A stretch of 64,000 nt of DNA from a virus: positions 1 through 64,000 of IMG/VR virus record IMGVR_UViG_3300037247_000810; one strand, written 5' to 3'. Positions 41,069 through 47,229 of the stretch are shown here, piece after piece (within the stretch, counting starts at the first letter, position 1; every line of letters starts with the position of its first letter). Both the position numbers and the translations under genes were made by a program. Under the pieces are notes generated by a model, which was given only the letters and a program-made list of their open reading frames with translations, made no database searches and had not been told where the DNA came from.

Positions 41069-41476
41069 GTGACTAGCTCATCTACAAAACGGGGGCATTC
41101 CGTCGAGGCGCGCCGTGCGGAGTTAGACCGAGCGCTCCGCAGGCCCCGTCGGGTTCTGTGGTCGTACTGTCCGCATCACGAAGGCGGATATTACTTCTTC
41201 GGCATCAGCATCCAATCATGGGGCGGCGGTGAGGAAGAACGCTGGAGTGCTGACCCGGATATGCGGAAGATCAGGGGCACCTGTATGTGGTGCGGGAAGC
41301 GCACGATCTTCTTTGTCAATGCTGATGAACTAGAGAAACACCGATACACACCCATTGAACTCTGCCTATGTGGGCTCCCGGACTATCACAAGGCCCCTTC
41401 CGTCACCTTCCTTCAAGAATACAACGCTATGGGCGTAGTTTGCCGACCCAATGGCCGTCAAGAAGCCAACGTTTGA
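41069..41476 (+). CDS. Cys-rich hypothetical protein (possibly leaderless)
   Basis: CPHH...CMWC; GTG near predicted transcription start. Confidence 0.55.
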   Translation: MTSSSTKRGHSVEARRAELDRALRRPRRVLWSYCPHHEGGYYFFGISIQSWGGGEEERWSADPDMRKIRGTCMWCGKRTIFFVNADELEKHRYTPIELCLCGLPDYHKAPSVTFLQEYNAMGVVCRPNGRQEANV

Positions 41477-42116
41477 CGAACTCACGGAGGAGAGCCGCTA
41501 CGCCGGGCCGCGCCGGACGCCAGTACTCGATCACGCAGCAGTCACTAAGGCCGTAATCGAATGGTTCCAGAACAAGAGCCAATGGCGGGCAGCCGAGACC
41601 GAGATGGCGCTGCCGACGAGCCCCCGTCGAAAGGCGACTCCGAAGTCTGCCCCATCTACCATCGTGCGGCGGGCCGATGTCATCGCGTTCAATTCCGCCG
41701 ACCACGAATTCTACATCATCGAAGTCAAGGCCCAGTGGAACGACTTCCACCAAGACCGCAAGTTCTTCGACTATCGCAAGTGGTGTAACTGGTTCGCCTT
41801 CGCCGTGCCGGAGGAGCTAGCCGTATGCGCCCGGCGACGGATGGATGACATCCCTGGCTGGTACGAGGGTGTGGGCCTGCTCGTGATCCCCAATGACTAC
41901 AGTGATCGGCGAATGGTGCGACGGCCGAAGAAGTACGAAATGTCAGACGAGGACTACCGCTCGATGGCCGAGCGGTGGGGGCTGTCTTGTTGGGGACGGC
42001 TGATCGGGACGCGCACGAAGATCGCCGAGCTAGAGTGGCAGCTAAAGAATATCCGGTCAGATGTCCGCCAATTGCAGAAGAAGCTAGGCGACTCGAATCC
42101 TACCCTCTACCCGTAA
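41451..42116 (+). CDS. MmcB-like PD-(D/E)XK nuclease
   Basis: RRADV....IIEVK....DF..D.K...Y..WC..F.FAVP. Confidence 0.85.
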   Translation: MAVKKPTFDELTEESRYAGPRRTPVLDHAAVTKAVIEWFQNKSQWRAAETEMALPTSPRRKATPKSAPSTIVRRADVIAFNSADHEFYIIEVKAQWNDFHQDRKFFDYRKWCNWFAFAVPEELAVCARRRMDDIPGWYEGVGLLVIPNDYSDRRMVRRPKKYEMSDEDYRSMAERWGLSCWGRLIGTRTKIAELEWQLKNIRSDVRQLQKKLGDSNPTLYP

Positions 42117-42121
42117 CGCCA

Positions 42122-42433
42122 ATGTATCCAATTCTGCCGGGGCCAAAGGATTACAGCCTAGAGGACGCGGAGTGCGAGAAGCCCTTCGCCATTTACGTTT
42201 GGGAATCGCCGCTCTGCCCGCGATGCGGGCAATGGCTTCGGCCCGTGGATATGCGGCCAGTTGGACAACCGTTCCAGGCAACCGCTGCCTGCCCGTCCTA
42301 TCACGGACTACTCATTCACAACCAAACGGTCTGGGCTGATCTCCGTCCCCCGAAGGCCCAGAGGGGAGGCGACGGGGCCTGGTGTTCGAGTCTCACCGCC
42401 GAACAATTACGGGTGATGGCCGCGGAGTATTAA
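42122..42433 (+). CDS. small zinc-finger protein
   Basis: CPRCG...CPSYH. Confidence 0.5.
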   Translation: MYPILPGPKDYSLEDAECEKPFAIYVWESPLCPRCGQWLRPVDMRPVGQPFQATAACPSYHGLLIHNQTVWADLRPPKAQRGGDGAWCSSLTAEQLRVMAAEY

Positions 42434-42440
42434 ATGCGAA

Positions 42441-42467
42441 CACCGCGCCCCAATTAGAGGCGCGGTG
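42441..42467. terminator. hairpin between convergent transcripts
   Basis: CACCGCGCC-N9-GGCGCGGTG. Confidence 0.6.
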
Positions 42468-42474
42468 CTGATAT

Positions 42475-42699
42475 GTGACGGGTGACTTGGGGGCGGCCGG
42501 TGTGGGCAACTCAGACCCGCAAGTCTTCGATTCCTCTCAGACCTTGGCACTTGCTTCCGGTCTGGATTATTTCAACGCCGCCCGTCCGACGTTAGCCCAC
42601 GGGATCACACACCTGACCCGTGGGGAAACGCAGTGGCCCGCGCGGGTGCTACCACTGTCCACGTCTTCGGGCAAGCCCTACTGGTGAACTTACGCAGGC
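42475..42699 (-). ncRNA. unknown structured RNA, about 220 nt
   Basis: Nested helices; last element of the RNA operon. Confidence 0.5.
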
Positions 42700-42745
42700 C
42701 GGTGCCGGTGGAGGGAGTCGAACCCTCTTCTTACCCTTGACCGGC
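42700..42745 (-). ncRNA. mini-tRNA 1 (acceptor + T arm only)
   Basis: GCCGGU/ACCGGC stem, GAGGG-UUCGACU-CCCUC T arm, ends ACCG. Confidence 0.75.
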
Positions 42746-42820
42746 TGGAGCCATCGGAGGGAATCGAACCCTCTCCTGCGGTTTACGAAACCGCTGCACA
42801 GCCACTTGTGCTTCGATGGC
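42746..42820 (-). tRNA. tRNA-Thr(CGT)
   Basis: Cloverleaf, loop TTCGTAA, CCA. Confidence 0.9.
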
Positions 42821-42906
42821 TGGTAGCCTCGGCGAGAGTCGAACTCGCACGCCGTTTCCGGCCGGGGCTTCTAAGACCCCTACGTCTACCATTCCGTCAC
42901 GAGGCT
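42821..42906 (-). tRNA. tRNA-Leu(TAG)
   Basis: Loop CTTAGAA, long variable arm; A1 overlaps upstream CCA. Confidence 0.9.
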
Positions 42907-42981
42907 GGTACACCTGGTAGGAGTCGAACCTACAATCTCTCGGATGTGAACCGAGCGCCTTAGCCTTTGGGCCACAGGTGC
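42906..42981 (-). tRNA. tRNA-Val(CAC)
   Basis: Loop TTCACAT. Confidence 0.9.
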
Positions 42982-43056
42982 TGGTGCTTCGGGACGGATT
43001 TGAACCGCCGACGCCGCGCTCTTCAGGCGCGCGCTCTACCCCTGAGCTACCGAAGC
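42982..43056 (-). tRNA. tRNA-Phe(GAA)
   Basis: Loop CTGAAGA. Confidence 0.92.
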
Positions 43057-43057
43057 G

Positions 43058-43134
<77 letters not shown>

Positions 43135-43209
43135 TGGAGCGGAAGAAGGGACTCGAACCCTCGACATTCTCGTTGGCAACGAGACATTCTACCACTGAAT
43201 TACTTCCGC
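43135..43209 (-). tRNA. tRNA-Gly(GCC)
   Basis: Loop TTGCCAA. Confidence 0.92.
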
Positions 43210-43296
43210 TGGTGTCACCGGCGAGAGTCGAACTCGCACCCCCTTGCGGGGACAAGGCTCTCAACCTTGCATGTCTACCTGTTCCATCACGGTGAC
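43210..43296 (-). tRNA. tRNA-Leu(GAG)
   Basis: Loop TTGAGAG, long variable arm. Confidence 0.92.
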
Positions 43297-43372
43297 TGGT
43301 GAACTCGGTAGGAATCGAACCTACGACATCCGACGTATCAGATCGGCGCTCTAACCCCTGAGCTACGAGTCC
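43297..43372 (-). tRNA. tRNA-Ile(GAT)
   Basis: Loop CTGATAC. Confidence 0.92.
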
Positions 43373-43448
43373 TGGTGACAGCGGGTGGACTTGAACCACC
43401 GGCCTTCGCCTTATGAGGGCGCTGCTCTACCAACTGAGCTACGCTGCC
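43373..43448 (-). tRNA. tRNA-Met/Ile2(CAT), elongator type
   Basis: Loop CTCATAA, paired G1:C72. Confidence 0.88.
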
Positions 43449-43526
43449 TGGTAGCCCCAGCAGGATTCGAACCTGCGACGTTCCGCTTAAGAGGCGGCTG
43501 CTCTGGCCGGACTGAGCTATGGGGCC
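43449..43526 (-). tRNA. tRNA-Lys(CTT)
   Basis: Loop CTCTTAA. Confidence 0.92.
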
Positions 43527-43612
43527 TGGTGCGCAAGGAGGGAATCGAACCCTCAAACCCTAGTGGGCACACGGTTCTGAGCCGTGCGTGTTTACCGTTT
43601 CACCACTCGCGC
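43527..43612 (-). tRNA. tRNA-Leu(CAG)
   Basis: Loop CTCAGAA. Confidence 0.92.
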
Positions 43613-43700
43613 TGGTGGGGCAGGTAGGACTCGAACCTACGGAGACCGTTAAGGCCAGCAGGGTTACAGCCTGCCGCAATTGCCGCTATGCGACTACCCC
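43613..43700 (-). tRNA. tRNA-Tyr(GTA)
   Basis: Loop CTGTAAC, long variable arm (bacterial type). Confidence 0.92.
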
Positions 43701-43702
43701 TT

Positions 43703-43776
43703 TGGAGACCCCGGCCGGATTCGAACCGACGATAACCGGGTTGCAGCCGGTTGCCTTACCACTTGGCCACGGGGTC
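43703..43776 (-). tRNA. tRNA-Cys(GCA)
   Basis: Loop CTGCAAC, U73. Confidence 0.92.
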
Positions 43777-43849
43777 TGGCACACCTGGTAGGAGTCGAAC
43801 CTACTCTCACGGGTTTGGAGTCCGGTCGGCGCATCCCGCGCTCAGGTGC
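43777..43849 (-). tRNA. tRNA-Trp(CCA)
   Basis: Loop CTCCAAA; short D loop. Confidence 0.85.
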
Positions 43850-43924
43850 TGGCTGTCGGACTAGGATTCGAACCTAGAACTTCCTGATTCAGAGTCAGGC
43901 GTCATACCGTTAGACCATCCGACA
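43850..43924 (-). tRNA. tRNA-Gln(CTG)
   Basis: Loop CTCTGAA, U1:A72. Confidence 0.92.
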
Positions 43925-43998
43925 TGGATGCGGGAGCAGGAATCGAACCTGCATTCACGGGTTCAAAGTCCGACGTCCGACCTTTAGACGATCCCGCA
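43925..43998 (-). tRNA. tRNA-Gln(TTG)
   Basis: Loop CTTTGAA, U1:A72. Confidence 0.9.
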
Positions 43999-44085
43999 TG
44001 GTGCGCCGGGAGGGAGTCGAACCCTCATGCCCCTGGAAGCACACGGGTTTGAGCCGTGCGTGTCTACCAATTTCACCACCGACGC
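43999..44085 (-). tRNA. tRNA-Leu(CAA)
   Basis: Loop CTCAAAC. Confidence 0.92.
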
Positions 44086-44163
44086 TGGTGGGCCAGGTGG
44101 GAGTCGAACCCACAAGAGACACGGGGTTTAAGCCCGCCGCATATACCATTCTGCTACTGGCCT
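44086..44163 (-). tRNA. tRNA-Leu(TAA), short variable region
   Basis: Loop CTTAAAC. Confidence 0.88.
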
Positions 44164-44239
44164 TGGCACCAGAGGTAGGACTCGAACCTACAACCAACCG
44201 CTTAACAGGCGGCCGCGCTACCTATTGCGCCACTCTGGT
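44164..44239 (-). tRNA. tRNA-Asn(GTT)
   Basis: Loop CTGTTAA. Confidence 0.92.
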
Positions 44240-44308
44240 TGGAGCCAGGGGCGGGATTCGAACCCGCGTCTACAGACTTACAAGGCCCTAGACAACCTGT
44301 TACCTGGC
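44240..44308 (-). tRNA. tRNA-Thr(TGT), D-arm degenerate
   Basis: Loop CTTGTAA, intact T arm, 69 nt. Confidence 0.7.
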
Positions 44309-44398
44309 TGGCGAAGCGAGCAGGATTCGAACCTGCGAGACCTTACGGCCCACCGCGTTAGCAGCGCGGCGCATTCAACCTGACTCTGCCACCGCTTC
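44309..44398 (-). tRNA. tRNA-Ser(GCT)
   Basis: Loop CTGCTAA, long variable arm. Confidence 0.92.
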
Positions 44399-44410
44399 TG
44401 GCACCGCTTC

Positions 44411-44486
44411 TGGCACCCTCGGCAGGAGTTGAACCCGCGACATCCTGGTTCGAAGCCAGGCACTCTGTCCACTGAGCTACGAGGGC
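44411..44486 (-). tRNA. tRNA-Arg(TCG)
   Basis: Loop CTTCGAA. Confidence 0.92.
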
Positions 44487-44564
44487 TGGTATCCGTGAGA
44501 GGGCTCGAACCTCCGGCCTCAGCCTTCGCAGGGCTGCGCTCTTATCCAACTGAGCTACACGGAC
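44487..44564 (-). tRNA. tRNA-Arg(GCG)
   Basis: Loop CTGCGAA. Confidence 0.9.
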
Positions 44565-44651
44565 TGGCGGAAGGTGAGGGATTCGAACCCCCAAGGCCCA
44601 TCACGCCCAACCGCTTTCAAGGCGGTGTACCACACCAATGGCAGACCTTCC
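44565..44651 (-). tRNA. tRNA-Ser(TGA)
   Basis: Loop CTTGAAA. Confidence 0.9.
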
Positions 44652-44739
44652 TGGAGGAGACGGTGGGATTCGAACCCACGAGACCTTGCAGCCCACTCGC
44701 TTTCGAGGCGAGCGCTTTCATCCACTCAGCCACATCTCC
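44652..44739 (-). tRNA. tRNA-Ser(CGA)
   Basis: Loop CTCGAAA. Confidence 0.92.
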
Positions 44740-44827
44740 TGGCGGACGCTGTAGGATTCGAACCTACGGTGCCTTGCGACACACACGCTTTCCAGACGTG
44801 CCCGTTAAACCACTCCGGCAAGCATCC
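44740..44827 (-). tRNA. tRNA-Ser(GGA)
   Basis: Loop CTGGAAA. Confidence 0.92.
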
Positions 44828-44913
44828 GTGTGCGGCGGCCTGCATCACAGTGTGCCTACTAACATATAGGGTGGAGCCCAATGTTTCGGCACACGCCGCC
44901 GCCATCCACATTC
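44828..44913 (-). ncRNA. unknown hairpin RNA with loop-E-like motif
   Basis: GCGGCGGC/GCCGCCGC, GUGUGCC/GGCACAC and ACAU/AUGU helices. Confidence 0.5.
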
Positions 44914-44960
44914 TGTGTCGGCTGCGGGAATCGAACCCACCTAACACCAGTTTAGCCGAC
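44914..44960 (-). ncRNA. mini-tRNA 2 (acceptor + T arm only)
   Basis: Perfect 7-bp GUCGGCU/AGCCGAC; GUGGG-UUCGAUU-CCCGC. Confidence 0.78.
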
Positions 44961-45037
44961 TGGCGACCCCTACGGGATTTGAACCCGTGACCTCCGCCTT
45001 GACAGGGCGGCGAGCACAACCACTGCTCCAAGGGGCC
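44961..45037 (-). tRNA. tRNA-Asp(GTC)
   Basis: Loop CTGTCAA. Confidence 0.92.
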
Positions 45038-45122
45038 TCGTTGCTAGCGCAGGTGCCCTTGGCCTTGGCTCCCCGACCGACCCGCTAGCTAGTCGACCGG
45101 ATCAACGCTGTACCGAAGGGCT

Positions 45123-45198
45123 TGGTGGCGGAGGCAGGATTCGAACCGACGTTCTCTTGCTTATGAGGCAAGCGAGATGACCACTTCTCCACTCCGCT
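45123..45198 (-). tRNA. tRNA-Met(CAT), initiator-like
   Basis: A1:C72 mismatch, fMet-like body, lacks 3 G:C anticodon-stem pairs. Confidence 0.85.
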
Positions 45199-45273
45199 TG
45201 GCGGCCCATCAGGGAATCGAACCCTGCTCTGATGCTTGAGGGGCATCTATCCTATCCGATAGACGAATGGGCC
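45199..45273 (-). tRNA. tRNA-Glu(CTC)
   Basis: Loop CCCTCAA (C33). Confidence 0.85.
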
Positions 45274-45349
45274 TGGTCGGGACGGCAGGATTCTAACCTG
45301 CGATTCCGTGCTCCCAAAGCACGTGTGTTGAACACTACACTACGCCCCG
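45274..45349 (-). tRNA. tRNA-Pro(TGG)
   Basis: Loop TTTGGGA; T loop TTAGAAT. Confidence 0.88.
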
Positions 45350-45426
45350 TGGTCGGAGTTGCAAGACTCGAACTTGCGGCCCCCGCGTCCCGAACGCGGT
45401 GCTCTTCCTGGCTGAGCTAAACTCCG
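45350..45426 (-). tRNA. tRNA-Pro(CGG)
   Basis: Loop TTCGGGA. Confidence 0.92.
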
Positions 45427-45502
45427 TGGGGTGATCGAGGAGATTTGAACTCCCGCTAAGAGGGCCACAACCTCTTGTGCTAACCACTACACTACGACCA
45501 CC
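45427..45502 (-). tRNA. tRNA-His(GTG)
   Basis: Loop TTGTGGC; encoded G-1:C73. Confidence 0.92.
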
Positions 45503-45503
45503 T

Positions 45504-45577
45504 TGGAGCGCCTAGCGGGAATCGAACCCGCGAACTCTGCTTGGAAGGCAGATATGTTGCCCCTACATCACAGGCGC
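45504..45577 (-). tRNA. tRNA-Gly(TCC)
   Basis: Loop CTTCCAA. Confidence 0.92.
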
Positions 45578-45652
45578 TGGTACGGGCGGTGGGACTCGAA
45601 CCCACACCGAACGGTTTAAAAGACCGCTGCTCTGCCTTCGAGCTACACCCGC
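45578..45652 (-). tRNA. tRNA-Lys(TTT)
   Basis: Loop CTTTTAA. Confidence 0.92.
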
Positions 45653-45728
45653 TGGTAGCGTCGACGGGATTCGAACCCGCTCCGTCCGGTTTGAAAGACC
45701 GGCGACCTATCCTGTAGTCGACGACGCT
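45653..45728 (-). tRNA. tRNA-Glu(TTC)
   Basis: Loop CTTTCAA. Confidence 0.92.
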
Positions 45729-45804
45729 TGGAGCCTTCGGCGAGATTCGAACTCGCTGCCTCGTTCTTACCAAGAACGCGCTCTACCAATTGAGCTACGA
45801 AGGC
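45729..45804 (-). tRNA. tRNA-Thr(GGT)
   Basis: Loop TTGGTAA. Confidence 0.92.
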
Positions 45805-45812
45805 TTGTTATC

Positions 45813-46142
45813 GAGCAATCGGGTCGTAAGCCGCTTTCTGTTTCTCTGCCTACATCTCTCTAGCTGTCACGCGGTCGCTGCCAAACTACCCGCCGCGCCT
45901 CCGGCCCCCTAACGCAATCCGTCTTTTCACACGACCTCCGTGTCTCCGGGTCTCGGCAGGCTCGGTGGCCCGCTACCCGTAGTCGCTGTTCGTGACATCT
46001 CGCCGGTCTCTTGCCCGACGGCCCGCCTTATTAGGGACGGGTAGGTTGTTTGGCGGCCGAGCGGACTTTCCTCAAGGGCCTCGTGGTGCAAACGCCTCGC
46101 GGCTCCCACCAGACGATCCTGCGTAGGCACGTCCGATTGCTC
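45813..46142 (-). ncRNA. rnpB: RNase P RNA (ribozyme), reduced architecture
   Basis: P1 GAGCAAUCGG/CCGAUUGCUC; P2 UGCCUAC/GUAGGCA; CR-I GAGGAAAGUCC; CR-IV AGAGAGAU; CR-V ACAGAAAGCGGCUUA; P4 CCGCU/AGCGG. Confidence 0.9.
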
Positions 46143-46145
46143 TCT

Positions 46146-46196
46146 TGGCAGCCGGTCGCGGAATCGAACCGCACGGAGGTCAACCAGACCCCGGCT
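46146..46196 (-). ncRNA. mini-tRNA 3 (acceptor + T arm, GCCA end)
   Basis: AGCCGG/CCGGCU; UGCGG-UUCGAUU-CCGCG; directly 5' of the RNase P RNA. Confidence 0.78.
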
Positions 46197-46271
46197 TGGT
46201 GCCCTGAGCGGGAATCGAACCCGCATCTGCCGCTTAGGAGGCGGCTGCGCTATCCATTACGCCATCAGGGT
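46197..46271 (-). tRNA. tRNA-Arg(CCT)
   Basis: Loop CTCCTAA. Confidence 0.9.
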
Positions 46272-46346
46272 TCAATAGGCATCCGTGCCGATGGCCTTCC
46301 TGGCCCCAATACCACGGCCCGCCTGAGTTAAGGCACACGGGCCGGA

Positions 46347-46395
46347 CGGTCGACTGCGCGGGGATTTGACCCCATAGCGCCAAGCGCCGCAGCCG
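46347..46395 (-). ncRNA. mini-tRNA 4 (degenerate T arm)
   Basis: CGGCUGC/GCAGUCG + ACCG; GGGG-UCAAAU-CCCC. Confidence 0.55.
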
Positions 46396-46396
46396 T

Positions 46397-46466
46397 TGGC
46401 ACCCTCGGTGGGAGTCGAACCCACGTTTGGCCGCTTAGAAGGCGGCGCATCGTCCCCGACGAGGGC
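46397..46466 (-). tRNA. tRNA-Arg(TCT), truncated D arm
   Basis: Loop CTTCTAA; 70 nt. Confidence 0.8.
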
Positions 46467-46542
46467 TGGTGAGCGATGAGGGAGTCGAACCCCCGGCACC
46501 CTGGATGTAAGCCAGGTGCTCTGGCCTCTGAGCTAATCGCCC
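46467..46542 (-). tRNA. tRNA-Val(TAC)
   Basis: Loop CTTACAT. Confidence 0.92.
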
Positions 46543-46617
46543 TGGTGGAGATGACAGGATTCGAACCTGCGACTTTCAGTCTGCCAGACTGACACTCTCC
46601 CGCTGAGTTACATCCCC
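46543..46617 (-). tRNA. tRNA-Ala(GGC)
   Basis: Loop CTGGCAG; G3:U70. Confidence 0.92.
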
Positions 46618-46693
46618 TGGTGGAGCACGCGGGACTCGAACCCGCAACCTCCTGCGTGCAAGGCAGGCGCACTCCCAATTGTGCTAGCACCCC
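46618..46693 (-). tRNA. tRNA-Ala(TGC)
   Basis: Loop CTTGCAC; G3:U70. Confidence 0.92.
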
Positions 46694-46769
46694 TGGTGGA
46701 GACGACAGGACTCGAACCTGCTACCTCGTCGTTGCGAACGACGCACTCTCCCTGCTGAGCTACGCCCCC
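46694..46769 (-). tRNA. tRNA-Ala(CGC)
   Basis: Loop TTCGCAA; G3:U70. Confidence 0.92.
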
Positions 46770-46818
46770 TAGTCTATTCTAGCAAAGAACGGGCCGCCTC
46801 TATGGGCGGTCGATCCTC

Positions 46819-46847
46819 AATATACCGGATCGCGGAATACTTGTCAA
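46819..46847 (-). promoter_or_regulatory. strong sigma70-type promoter of the tRNA/RNase P operon
   Basis: TTGACA-N17-TATATT, about 50 nt upstream of the first tRNA; AT-rich upstream. Confidence 0.85.
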
Positions 46848-46989
46848 GGGCAAAACGAACTTTCTTCGAAAATATTTCAGGAGCCGTATCCGCATGTGAC
46901 GGCGTAGAGACACCATGACCGACCATTCGGCTCGATCTGAAGACTCTGGCGGTGACATCGTGGACAGTACACAAGAAGTCCTAGCATCA

Positions 46990-47229
46990 TTACCTCCTCA
47001 CCCGGCCCTCGGCGACGGCTACCGTAAGAATCTCGACTACCTGTTCCAAGTTGTCTAACACCCTCTGAAATGGGATACCGCGCCTAGTCAGATCGACGAG
47101 TTGGAACTTGAGCGGGCCAGGGCCATAGGCTTCCAGTAGCGCGCAGATGCGGGGCAACTCGGCCCCGAACTCGCGCTCGCTAATGCAACCGTCCCGGATG
47201 ATCTCGAAGGCCCAGACCTCAAGGTTCAT
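46990..47229 (-). CDS. hypothetical protein
   Basis: ATGA-coupled; GGAGG RBS. Confidence 0.55.
   Translation of the reverse strand: MNLEVWAFEIIRDGCISEREFGAELPRICALLEAYGPGPLKFQLVDLTRRGIPFQRVLDNLEQVVEILTVAVAEGRVRR

Noticed and set aside
42475-42745. tmRNA (standard or permuted) or SRP RNA
   Set aside because: The acceptor stem closes locally and lacks G3:U70; no tag ORF found; the SRP domain IV motif is absent
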